NCBI GenBank assembly: GCA_951406725.2
Contig: OX597815.1
Location: 4,836,001-4,900,000 of the forward strand
Direction: 5' to 3'
Length of the DNA stretch: 64,000 nt
From: Octopus vulgaris
Lineage: Eukaryota
A program made the translations under genes and the position numbers. Every line of letters begins with the position of its first letter. Within the stretch, counting starts at the first letter, position 1. Of the stretch, positions 24,889-36,492 are shown piece after piece. A model generated the notes under the pieces. It saw only the letters and a program-made list of their open reading frames with translations, was not told the DNA's origin and ran no database searches.

Positions 24889-25180
24889 CCAGGGAAGCAA
24901 GGTCTTGCTGAGTGATACCAAGACTACCTTGGCCTTCTTGACAATCTTTTAAATGTGCTTTGTCCAGTGCAAATCGCTGCTGATGGTAATTCCCAGGTTA
25001 CATTCACAAGAAGACTTCTTGATGTCAGTGTTGTGGAGAGGGTTTGTGGACGCTGGGTTTTTCGTCCCAAAATCCATGGTGGTTCACTTATCCACAGCCA
25101 GCTTCAGTTGCCAGTCCGTGAGCCATTGTTGCATTGTGCCCAGGTCTGATTGCAGGAAAGATCTATCGTGTTCAGGATCT
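24889..25180 (-). mobile_element. CR1/L2-group LINE reverse transcriptase fragment (pseudogenised)
   Basis: Minus strand reads FLQSDLGTMQQWLTDWQLKLAVDK*TTMDFGTKNP...NLGITISSDLHWTKHI*KIVKKA. Confidence 0.85.
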
Positions 25181-25741
25181 GATCTTTCAGTTTCTGACTT
25201 GTGGAAGTTTGAATTTCATTATTGGAAATGAAATTCAAACTTGTTATTAACCATACACAAATAAACACCCCATTACCCTTCACGCTGACTCCCTATTACT
25301 TATCTGTTTCTTTATTACCCACAAGGGGCTAAACATAGAGGGGACAAACAAGGACAGACAAATGGATTAAGTCGATTACATCGATCCCAGTGCATAACTG
25401 GTACTTAATTTATCGACCCCGAAAGGATGAAAGGCAAAGTCGACCTCGGTGGAATTTGAACTCAGAACGTAACGGCAGCCGAAATACGGCTAAGCATTTT
25501 GCCCGGCGTGCTAACGTTTCTGCCAGCTCCCTATTACTATCACTAACCACCTCCTCCTCCTCCCTGACCCACTCCTATTTCCCTTCATTACCTTCCCCAC
25601 CCAATCTGAAAGCCTCAACTCATGTGGCCCCATCCACTGTGTCCTCTTCTCTCCCCATCTCTAATTGTCTTCCACCCTCCTTTCACACTCTAGCAAACGT
25701 ACCCTTTCCAATCTTCCATCCCTATTCTCTCTCTTGTATTT

Positions 25742-26002
25742 ACTGGCACCTGTGCCGTTGGCATGTGTAAAAGATTCGAGCGAGGTCGTTGCCAGTACTG
25801 CCTGACTGGCCCCGTGCCGGTGGCACGTAAAAAGCACCCACTACACTCTTGGAGTGGTTGGCGTTAGGAAGGGCATCCAGCTGTAGAAACTCTGCCAGAT
25901 CAAGATTGGAGCCTGGTGCAGCCATCTGGTTCGCCAGCCCTCAGTCATTCGTCCGACCCATGCTAGCATGGAAAGCGGACGTTAAACGATGATGATGATG
26001 AT
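25742..26002 (+). mobile_element. RTE LINE 3' end
   Basis: Family 3' UTR plus (GAT)n. Confidence 0.85.
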
Positions 26003-26257
26003 GTATTTACCTCCAACCTTGAAGGCATTATCACTTTTCTCTCTCTCCAGCCAAGGGAACCATGTATCTGCTCTTCAGCAAGATACCTGTTCTTGTTCCT
26101 CTATCATAGCTTAACCTCTTCTCACCAGGCATAAAAGCCAGGAGCCACATCAAGCTCCATTCTCCATCTTGGCACGGTTTCTACATCTGGATGCCTTTCC
26201 TGCTGCCAACCACTTTACAGAGTGTACCGGCTGCCTTTTATGTGGCACCATCATTAA

Positions 26258-26467
26258 CCCTTTAGTATTTAAACCGGCCATATCCGGCCAAAATAGTTAA
26301 TCTGTTTTATGTTCAGATCCAGGCTCTCACACCTACCCTACAATGTTATTCTACATTAAGTAATTACACCATCAAGATCTTGAAGATATGAGATAATGCA
26401 TGATTAATTCAAATCAATGGGAATCGATAGGCATTATGTTTGATTGAATAATCTGAACACTAAAGGG
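26258..26467. mobile_element. piggyBac-type MITE, second family (TTAA TSD)
   Basis: TTAA-CCCTTTAGT.TT ... AA.ACTAAAGGG-TTAA. Confidence 0.8.
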
Positions 26468-26826
26468 TTAAATGCTTAAGTACCCAGTACATTCTGTAAT
26501 GTGACTGATATTAGGAAGGGCATCGAGCTGTAGAAACCATGCCAAAGCAGGTACTGGTGCTCTGTGTAGTTCTCTGGTTTGTCAGTTCTTGTCAACCTGT
26601 CCAACCCATGCCAGCCTGGAAAAGAGACACTAAACGATGATGATAATGTTGATAATGATTAGTTTTGGCAAAATCTAAAATAAGGACTTGTAGCTAATGA
26701 GCAGTTCATTAATTATATAGTGCAACAACTAAATGATAATCACATGTCCTGTCTTCAAATTGGTTCAGTGCCAGATAACGTCTGTGTTTTCAATGCACTG
26801 TTAGTCGTTCCCTAAACTGGGGCATA

Positions 26827-27008
26827 TCACGAGAGATTATTCAACTCTAAATCATTAGATTTTAACCAGATAATCCATATAATTAATTTTAGTCAATCAA
26901 ACAGACATTGGTTTGATGCCATGGTTGTTCAGAGAATAATTGAAGTTAATCAAAGTGATTAGACAAGTCTAATAATCTGTATTGATTTGATTCTGCTGCG
27001 GTGGGCAC
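26827..27008. repeat. ~185-bp direct duplication, copy 2
   Basis: See 24126-24311. Confidence 0.9.
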
Positions 27009-27164
27009 TTTGTTATTCGGTGGATGATGACTTTGTGGTGTTTTGCGGATAGGGTTGGGTTAAATGAGGAAGAAGAAAGAAAATTCTCTCATAAATTCAA
27101 AACATAAATTACAATTACAGCAACTGGAATGAAATGCTCTATTTTGACAGCAAAACCTAACAAG

Positions 27165-27540
27165 CAGGAGTGGCTGTGTGGTAAGTAGCTTGTTTACCAA
27201 CCACATGGTTCCAGGTTCAGTCCCACTGCGTGGCACCTTGGGCAAGTGTCTTCTACTATAGCCTCGGGCTGACCAAAGCTGACGGAAACTGAAAGAAGCC
27301 CGTCGTATATATGTATATATATGTATGTGCGTGTATGTTTGTGTGTCTGTGTTTGTCCCCCTAGCATTGCTTGACAACCGATGCTAGTGTGTTTACGTCC
27401 TTAGCGGTTCGGCAAAAGAGACCGATAGAATAAGTACTGGGCTTACAAAGAATAAGTCCTGGGGTCGAGTTGCTCGATTAAAGGCAGTGCTCCAGCATGG
27501 CCGCAGTCAAATGACTGAAACAAGTAAAAGAGTAAAAGAG
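27165..27540 (+). mobile_element. SINE family A
   Basis: A/B boxes, central microsatellite, tail (AAAAGAGT)n. Confidence 0.9.
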
Positions 27541-27724
27541 ATATATATAAAAAAAAACAACTAATTAATGTCACAATGTGAGAGGTTGAGGATCTTATAT
27601 TTCAGGTCAGGTAGGCAAAATTCCAACCCCACCCCACTTCCAGGGAGCAATCAAACAAATTAGACACTTGGGCAATGACCAAAATCCTGGGTAAAATTTG
27701 GTCAAAACCAGTCACACCATCTCC

Positions 27725-28003
27725 TGGAGTGGCTGCAGTAATGACAAACGTCATGAAGCAAAAGAGGTGTTTTGCCATCAGGTTTAGTCTGATCAGCAAG
27801 GTGACCAGCCTTCCCAAAGGACTGAATGACCAACTGATGTCTCTGTGGCTTCCCCTCAGAGGACAGAGCCATGCCACCCTTCATCAGTGCCAACACCCCC
27901 ACCATGACTAACTTTGAGGTCAAAAACAAGTTTTATGAAGACCTTTGGAACCCTCATAGCAGCTGTGCCTAAAGAGGTCAAGCTCATCATTCTCAGTGGC
28001 TTC
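27725..28003 (+). mobile_element. RTE/BovB-type AP-endonuclease fragment (frameshifted)
   Basis: FAIRFSLISKVTSLPKGLNDQLMSLWLPLRGQSHATL/ISA.TPTMTN/EVKNKFYEDL...AAVPKEVKLIILSGF. Confidence 0.85.
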
Positions 28004-28004
28004 C

Positions 28005-28600
28005 TCATCATCATCATTGTTGTTTAACATCCGTTTTCCATGCTGGCATGGGTTGAACGGTTTGACTGAGGACTGGCAGGCCAGGAGGCTGCACCAAGCT
28101 CCAATCTGATCTCATAATGTTTCTACAGCTGGATGCCCTTCCTAACACCAACCTCTCTGAGTGTAGTGGATGCTTTTTATGTTCCACTGGCATGGGAACC
28201 AGTCACGCAGGCCTGGCATCGACCACATTCAGATGGTGCTTTTTACATTCCACTGGCACAAGAGCCAGTTAGGTGGGCCTGGCACTGACCATGTTGGGAT
28301 GGTGCTTTTTACGTACCACTGGCATGAGAACCAGTCACGTGGGCCTGGCATCGACCACATTCAGATGGTGCTTTTTACATGCCACTGGCACAAGAGCCAG
28401 TCAGGTGGGCCTGGCACTGACCATGTTGGGATGGTGCTTTTTACGTGTCACTGGCATGGGAAGCCAGTCAGGGGATATTGGCATCGGCCACGATTGGCTG
28501 GTGCTTTTTACGTGCCACCAGCACGGGAGCCGGTCAGGGGGCACTGGCCACAGCTACGATATTAGTTTTACTTGACTCAACAGGTCTTCTCAAGCATATC
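28005..28600 (-). mobile_element. RTE LINE 3' end with ~6 UTR repeat units
   Basis: Alternating 60-62 bp units. Confidence 0.85.
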
Positions 28601-28620
28601 ATATTGCCCGTCTCACTATA

Positions 28621-29168
28621 TCTATATTATAAATTGGACTTGGGCAAGCGTTGTATTCTTTTTTGTCTTGAGGTTCACAGCCAAACGGTTGGGTGGATTC
28701 ACATGAAAAATGGCACACATGTGGAGACGGGTGCATAGATTGGAATGCAGTTTGTATTTTTTTCCTAGCCCCCATAGTTACCGAGAAAATCAATTAAAAC
28801 TTTTTTCCTAATGGAATTCCCCCGCCAACATACATATCTTCTTTCAATTTCTGCTCTCTGCAAATAAAATTTTTACGGACACAACTGCTTACAAAAATAG
28901 GGATTAATGTATAAATTCTTTCTATGTTCATAATTAAATGTTTTAATGATTAGACAGAGGTCCAATACAATAGCTCTCAGAAACAGACTACGTACAAATT
29001 CTTTCTTCACAACTCCTGAAGCTGTTTTCTGACAGGAAGGGGAAGAAATCTTCATACAGTTGGTGGCTCCAATCGAAACAGGGGACCCGAAATGATAAGG
29101 TAAACGCTGTTATAGATTATACCTAACCGAAAACAATCACAGCCACATCTTCCGGGTGTAACTGCTGG
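28621..29168 (+). mobile_element. Non-autonomous Helitron
   Basis: a|TCTATATTATAAA 5' end, the characteristic CCAAACGG.TGG.TGGATT...ATGAAA..TGGCACAC segment, and a 3' CCGGGTG...CTGG|t end (CTRR, A|T insertion site). Confidence 0.7.
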
Positions 29169-29535
29169 TTATGTATATAAAACCCTACCCTCTTAAGACT
29201 ATCAAATAACTTCCAGTTACCTCTACATAAGCCATCTTATAGCATGGGAGTAGCAAATTGAGTTTTTGGACAGCTGACAAGTTGTCCACGGCAGACATGT
29301 TGAACTTTGGTGTACTCTGGGGTCATAGTGTACACTACTTCATGCTCAGGGTATGTTTTGTTATGCAATCCGCCCTCAGAGCTATGAGCTAATGATGGAA
29401 GGTAAACCATTAGCTGAAGTATATTGAACATGATTGGGAATTAACGAGTTCAATTAGATACTGCATTAAATTAATGAACCTTTCAACTGATGGACTTAGA
29501 CAAATAATGATGATATTCATGGTAAAATAGCTGGC

Positions 29536-29760
29536 GGTGATGGTCATGGTAGTGATGGTGATAAGGGTGGCAGTGAGGATGATGGTGATGGGGGTGGTGA
29601 TGATAATGGTGATGGTGGTGACAGCAAAGATGAAAATGGTACTGACAATGAATACTGCTTGTACTGACAATGATGAGGATGATGATGATGATGATGATGA
29701 AGAGGAGGAGGTGGAGGGGGTGGAGGACAGTGGTGGTAGTTGTAATGATGATATACGACA
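29536..29760. repeat. (GAT/GGT/GAG)n low-complexity tract
   Basis: Directly visible. Confidence 0.85.
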
Positions 29761-30171
29761 AGGACAACAACAACCATAAAATATGGAGTCATGACTTGGA
29801 ACATATAATGGCAATCAGCATGATTAGCAGAAGATGTCAACAGATGCTGGGACATTTCGAATAAAATAAATTAAAAAAAAGAAAAGCTTAATGGCCTGAG
29901 GAGGAGACAGGATTTTTATATTTTAACCGATATTTCTTATTCCATTTTCATCATCATCATCACCATTTTAATGTCCACTTTTTCCATGCTCGTATGGGTC
30001 ATACGGAGTTTACTGAGGCAGATTTTCAAAGGCTGGATGCTTTTCCTGTCACCAACTCTCACCCGTGTCCAAGAATGGTAATATTTCCTCATGGCCAGAC
30101 ATGTTTTTTGCAGAATATTGGAAATAAATGACACTGCATGTATGACAGTGGCACTCGTTTACAACTGTTAC

Positions 30172-30742
30172 GACCGAGACCTTTGGAGATATGCTGTGCT
30201 TGAGAAGAGCCGACGAGCCAAGTGAGACCATAGCCCATGGCCTATGCCAGTGGGTGTAACCAGCCCACTTATGAATACCCCTCATTCACTGGGTAATAAA
30301 CTTTGCTTGCAAAGACCTATTGAGGCAAGCGAAATCAAAATTAAAATTGCTGACGCGGACGATGACAGTACTGCCTGATTGGCACTTGTGCCAGTGGAAT
30401 GTTAAAAGCACATCTGAGTGTGATCGTTGCCAGGGCCACAGATTGGCTCTTGTACCGGTGACATGTGGAAATCATCATTCAAGCGTGATCATTGCCAGTA
30501 CTGCCAGACTGGCTCCTGTGCAGGTAGCATGTAAAATGCACCTTTTGAGTGTGGTAGTTGCCAGAACCGCCTGACTGGCCCGTGTGCTGGTGGCATGTAA
30601 AATACACACACTAATTCTTGGAGTGGTTGGCATTAGGAAAGGCATCAAGCTGTAGAAACTTTGCCAGATCAGATTAGAGACCGGTGCAGCCTTCTGGCTC
30701 ACCAGTCCTCAGTCAAACCGTCCAACTCATGCCAGCATGGAC
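30172..30742 (+). mobile_element. RTE LINE 3' end (last ORF2 codons plus UTR)
   Basis: DRDLWRYAVLEKSRRAK* followed by UTR repeats. Confidence 0.85.
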
Positions 30743-30756
30743 AAGGAGACACACGC

Positions 30757-31050
30757 TGAGACTCCCTTCGGTCATGACTGACCATGGGATTGCACCTAGA
30801 AAGTTACCATCCGAGGCATGAGTTCGGGCAAGGTTGTTTATAGAAGACCAGCAGTTGCCCATGCATACCAGCCTCCCCTCTCCACGCCACCAATGTTATC
30901 AAAGGGAAAGGCAAAGGGGCCGATACAGCTTGGCACCAGTGACATAAAGTGTCTTGCTCAAGAACACAACACACAGCCCGGTCCAGGATTCGAGCTCACA
31001 ACCTCATAATCGTAAGCTTGACACTCTAACCACTGAGCCATGCGCCTTCA
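30757..31050 (-). mobile_element. tRNA-derived SINE family D
   Basis: Minus strand GAAGGCGCATGGCTCAGTGGTTAG...GCTCGAATCC (A/B boxes), then TGTTCTTGAGCAAGACACTTTA and a LINE-like tail. Confidence 0.75.
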
Positions 31051-31698
31051 CACGCAAACACACACACATATATATATATAAAGCAAAAGGAGGGAGCACA
31101 TGGATAAAAAACTTTCTATTTAGCACTTTCGTCCCTTTTTGGGATTCATCGTAAATGATTCCTTATAGAGAATTCCTACCTTTTCTATAAGAAATCATTC
31201 TTGATTAATTCCTAAAAGAGACGGAAACACTAAAATACTTTTTCTCCAAATCCTGACTACCCTCTTTTACTTGATATTCTGTACCCCACTTCTCACAATC
31301 TAAACATATATACATACATAGATCCATCATCATCATCATCATATAAAGTCCATTGTCCATGCTGGCATGGGTTGGACAGTTTGACTGGAACTGGTAAGCT
31401 GGGGGGGGGCATCAGGCTCCAATCTGTTTTGCCTTGGTTTCTATGGCTTGATGTGCCTCCTAATACCAACCACCTCAAGAGTGTAGTAGGTGCCTCTTAT
31501 ATGTTCACACACACACACAATAGGCTTCTTTTAGTTTCCACTCACAAGGTTTTGGTTGGCCCAGAGTTATAGAAGAAGCCCAAAGTGTCTTGCAATGTGA
31601 CTGAACCCAGAACCATGTGGTTGGGAATTAAGTGTCTTAACTACATGGTCACACCTGTGCTGTGCCTTCTTTTTTATCTCTGCTTTCCCCCCATTGAC

Positions 31699-31989
31699 GG
31701 TGTTTAGTTGCTTTTCATTTCTAATTGTTGAGATGTTAGCACCTGGCTATCAAAATAGAGAAGAAGGAAGACGGAGCTAATTGTTGTTTTAAAAACCCTC
31801 CAATCCTCTGTGTAAAACCTGTGCAATTTCTAGGTCTTTGTCAACACAGAAGACCTAGAAATTGCAGAGGTTTTACACAAAGGATTGGAGGGTTTTTAAA
31901 ACAACAATTAGCTCCGTCTTCCTTCTTCTCTATTTTGATAGCCAGGTGCTTACATCTCAACAATTAGAAATGAAAAGCAACTAAACACC
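31699..31989. repeat. Near-perfect palindrome, ~140-bp arms, 11-nt spacer
   Basis: GGTGTTTAGTTGC...CTAGGTCTT [TGTCAACACAG] AAGACCTAG...GCAACTAAACACC. Three mismatches seen. Confidence 0.95.
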
Positions 31990-32325
31990 CTAATTTTGAC
32001 AGCAAAACCAAAACAAGTGTCTGGAATATAAGGAAACACTAGTATTGATGTCACAACATGATAGCCAACCACAATGGCTGAGGGTCTCATGTATCAGGTC
32101 AGATGTGCAAAATTTCAACCCTGCCCTCATTTTCAGAGAGTAATTTAGGAAATCAAGCACCTAAACATCAACCACAATGAAGGGTCAAATTACAGGGTGT
32201 TATTTGCGGGAGAGGCACAAGTATTTGATACTGTAAACTAATATTACAAAGGCTGAAACTTCCATAAATGAGATGCATCAGCTGGTTTCATCTGTTGATA
32301 TATGACGTTATAATATAAAGAGACA

Positions 32326-32366
<41 letters not shown>

Positions 32367-32459
32367 TACATATGTATATATATATATATAGTCAATTTGA
32401 ATAAAGAAATAATAAAAATAACAGACAAGAGAACATGTATAAGGAATGTATTAAGGTTG

Positions 32460-32523
<64 letters not shown>

Positions 32524-32528
32524 AAATA

Positions 32529-32696
32529 ATATGTTACAATTACTCAATAGTCAAGATAAAACTCTGAGTTTCAGATGCCGAAGTGGAAATCCACAACACC
32601 ATCTCTTCGGTTATCTGGCCATCTGAAAAACGCTATGAAAAAATACCTTTATATAACTCAGAGTTTTATCTTGACTATTGAGTAATTGTAACATAT
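32529..32696. mobile_element. Fold-back Penelope-like fragment (42-bp perfect arms) with a hammerhead-like motif
   Basis: Arms 32529-32570 and 32655-32696. Minus strand 32554-32616 reads agauaa CCGAAGA gaug...cauc u GAAA cucagag UU uuaucu. Confidence 0.65.
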
Positions 32697-32771
32697 CATT
32701 TTATAGATAAATTTCCTCTAGTTACATAATATTGAGGTCTCTTACTTTCTTTTGTTATCTTACTGTTTTTA

Positions 32772-32819
<48 letters not shown>

Positions 32820-32822
<3 letters not shown>

Positions 32823-33345
32823 TCATTTAACGTCCGCTTTCCATGCTGGCATGGGTTGGACGATTTAGACTGAGGGCTGGCGAACCAGATGGCTGCACCA
32901 GGCTCCAATCTTGATCTGGCAGAGCTTCTACAGCAGGATGCCCTTCCCAACACCAACCACTCCGAGATTGTAGTGGGTTCTTTTTACATGCCACTGGCAC
33001 GGAGCCAGTCAGGTGGTACTTGCAATGACCTCGCTTGAATCTTTTTACACATGCCACTGGCACAGGTACCAGTAAGGCGACACTGGTAACGATCACGCTC
33101 GAATGGTGCCTTTTATGTGCCACCGGCATGGAAGCCAGTTTGCCGCTCTAGCAACAATCACGCTGGGATGATGCTTTTAGCACCCTACTAGCACAGGGCA
33201 CAAGTGCCAGTAAGGTGACGCTGGTAACGATCACACTCGAATGGTGCCTTTTATGTGCCACTGGCACAGAAGCCGGTTAGCCGCTCTGTCGACAATCACA
33301 CTCGTATGGTGCTCTTCGCACCCCACTTGCACGGATGTCAGTCAT
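32820..33345 (-). mobile_element. RTE LINE 3' end
   Basis: Family tail and UTR repeats. Confidence 0.85.
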
Positions 33346-34035
33346 CGATAAATATATATATATATATCATCATCGTTTAACGTCCGCTTTCCATGCTAGT
33401 ATGGGTTGGACTTATATATACATATATATATACATATATATATATATACATACACACAGAGGAAATTCACACACAAGGTGTGGACATGTTTTGCTTTTGT
33501 CAGCTATTGTCTGTGTGAGGGGGGGAGAGGGGTTCAATTCATTTGACTAAAACTTTTTCAAGGATGTGCCCCAGAATGGTCACAGTCTAATGCCTGAATC
33601 AAAGCAAAAAGTAAGACACACACACACATACACACTGAGACACACATGAAAATTTTCACAGGAACTGTAGCAGCAGCAGCAGTAGATTTTTGGACACACG
33701 TTTAGTCAGACCCATATCAACAAAGAGAATCCTTCAAAACCGAAAACGGATTGTGGAGTGAGTGAAATGATTCGTCTTAATTTAGACGGATATTTATAAA
33801 ATTGTAATTACAGGAAATTTGTTAATTTCCTCAGGTAATGACCATTTGTGGTTGCTAGTGTAGGTTTTTAATTTCAAATATTGCATGTACCTGTTGAGAT
33901 GGCTGGTTTCCATGTCAATAATAATCGCAGCTTTTATTGCAAATGACTCAAAGTAGGCGATTAAAGAGCGCGGAGACTGAGACACTGAAAGATCATCAGT
34001 AAAGATACTGTTATCATCGTCAATCGCCTTTAAGT

Positions 34036-34700
34036 CACCACCACCACCACCACTACCATCCCTACCACCATCACCACTACCACCACCATCATCATCATCA
34101 TCACCACTACCATCACCACCACGATCACCACCACAACCACCACCACCACCACTACCACTACCATCACTAACACCACCACCACCACCACCACCATCAACAC
34201 CACCACCACCACCACCACCATCACTAACACCACCACCACTACCACTATCACCACCACCACCACCACCACTACCATCACTAACACCACCACCATCACTAAC
34301 ACCACCACCACCACCACCACCATCACTAACACCACCACCACTACCACTATCACCACCACCACCACCACCACTACCATCACTAACACCACCACCACCACCA
34401 CCACCACCATCACTAACACCACCACCACCACCACCACCACCACTACCATCACTAACACCACCACCACCAACACTACCACCACCATTACCACTACCATCAC
34501 TAACACCACCATCACCACTACCATCACTAACACCACCACCACCACCATTACCATCACCACTACCACCACCATCACCATCATCACCACCACCACCACTACC
34601 ACCACTACCACCACCATCACCACCACCACCACCACCACCACCACCTTCACCACCATCACCACCACCACCACCACCACCACCACCACCACCACCACCATCC
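34036..34700. repeat. (ACC/ACT/ATC)n cryptic minisatellite
   Basis: Recurrent CCACCATCACTAACACCACC units. Confidence 0.9.
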
Positions 34701-34789
34701 CAGTTACCATGATCATCAAAGTCTTGGTGAAACAAGCAATTTTATTAACAGAAGATCCCGGCTTAAGAAGAAGGACGTTAATGTGTTTG

Positions 34790-34915
34790 GTGGAAATGTC
34801 AATGTCACTTAATGACGTCAAAACATAAATACGGCTTTAAGTGTATAAAGGGGCGGGGGTGGGCGGCTAATGCGCAGAGGGTGCAGTGAACAAACTGTCG
34901 TCTACATTACGCAGA
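34790..34915. promoter_or_regulatory. Candidate promoter/enhancer: CRE + TATA-like + two GC boxes
   Basis: GGAAA (~34792), TGACGTCA 34813-34820, TATAAA 34844-34849 (+), GGGCGG at 34851 and 34861, TTACGCAG at ~34907, all in a unique CpG-retaining island. Confidence 0.45.
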
Positions 34916-35067
34916 AATGAAAACAATACTGACATCTCAGTCTAACAGATATATTTACCAAAATTACAGAAAAATATCTTGAAATACTAAAGAGTAAATC
35001 TATCCAATAAAATCATCATGGGCCTCAACCACAGCCTCCCGATGACTTTGGAATTACTTGTGGGTTG

Positions 35068-35746
35068 TAATCGACCCCGAAAGGATGAAAGGCAAAGTCG
35101 ACCATGGCGGAATTTGAACTCAGAACGTAGCGGCAGACGAAATACCTACTTCTTTATTACCCACAAGGGGCTAAACATAGAGGGAACAAACAAGGACAGA
35201 CAAAGGGATTAAGTCGATTACATTGACCCCCAATGTGTAACTGGTTCTTAATTTATCGACCCCGAAAGGATGAAAGGCAAATTCAACCACGGTGGAATTT
35301 GAACTCAGAACGTAGCGGCAGACGAAATACCTATCTCTTTACTACCCACAAGGGGCTAAACACAGAGAGGACAAACAAGGACAGACAAACGGATAAAGTC
35401 GATTATATCAACCCCAGTGCGTAACTGGTACTTATTTAATCGACCCCGAAAGGATGAACGGCAAAGTCGACCTTGGCGGAATTTGAACTCAGAACGTAGC
35501 AGCAGACGAAATACCTATTTCTTTAGTACTCACAAAGGGCTAAACACAGAGAGGACAAACAAGGACAGACAAACGGATAAAGTCGATTATATCGACCCCA
35601 GTGTGTAACTGGTACTTATTTAATCGACCCCGAAAGGATGAAAGGCAAAGTCGACCTCGGCGGAATTTGAACTCAGAATGGAGCGGCAGACGAACTACCA
35701 CTAAGCATTTTGCCCAACATGCTAACGTTTCTGCCAGCTCACCACC
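35068..35746 (-). mobile_element. SINE family B with four tandem ~184-bp units
   Basis: Period visible from repeated CGACCCCGAAAGGATGAA at ~35072, 35257, 35441 and 35625. Confidence 0.9.
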
Positions 35747-36284
35747 TTCTTGTTTGTTTTGCGGTTTGGTTCCATTATATGGTGCTTTGGTTGTATGTCA
35801 TGTCTTGGGAGTCCTTGTTCAAAAGGCCATTTGTTGCTGCCCATCCTCTTCTAATTAAAACCATTCGATAAATAAAAGAATGCAGGCAACAAGAACCTGT
35901 AACTTGATAAGCTACTTAAAAGGGGGGCAGATTAGCAAGTCAAATGAGTTCCAAACAAATTGTTCTTTTATTTCTTGATTTCTATGAAAGGACTCTGCAT
36001 TCACAATTCTGCTGGTAAGTCTATAACTATATCACTAACAATATATATTAGCAACAGAGGAAGTACTACTATTGAGAGGTGATGTTTATCCCCACTGAAA
36101 CACGGGTGTTGTATTAGAACAGACTATACTGTGGTAGATTCCATGAGAGATACTCTCATATTGGCTTTTGGGGCAAAATGCACTTTTGCTTATGTTGCCA
36201 ATGGGAAGATAAATCCCTGCCATCTTCAGTGCTGAGACCATCAGATCATGTGATACTGACCGGCCCTGGTCTTGTCAATGATGG

Positions 36285-36492
36285 ATGCTTGACTACTAGA
36301 GATAACAGCGACTCGTTTGCCTGCCAGTGATATATAGAAAAGCAGTACTGGAACAGGTTGAAGAGTCTGTCATCAGTTCTGAATCTGATCTTGATGCTGA
36401 TTGCATCGTCATTGCAGAAGTCATCCGACAGCATATTTGAGCACATCATGGTGAACAGCGTAGATGCAAGTACACAGCCCTGCTTGGCAAAG
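36285..36492 (-). mobile_element. RTE/BovB-type RT fragment
   Basis: KQGCVLASTLFTMMCSNMLSDDFCNDDAISIKIRFRTDDRLFNL, resembling the BovB motif KQGCVLAPTLF....I.YRTDG.LFNL. Confidence 0.85.

Noticed and set aside
24126-27008. LTR retrotransposon bounded by the 185-bp direct repeats
   Set aside because: No TG..CA termini, PBS, PPT or TSD. The interior is a mosaic of unrelated SINE/LINE/MITE pieces.
33794-34735. 313-aa glycine-rich ORF as an RCAN first coding exon
   Set aside because: Mostly GGT microsatellite. The unique tail (DDLSVSQSPRSLIA) only faintly recalls RCAN N-termini, and the best donor is phase 2 versus the phase-0 acceptor. Kept only as a possible non-coding or alternative 5' exon.
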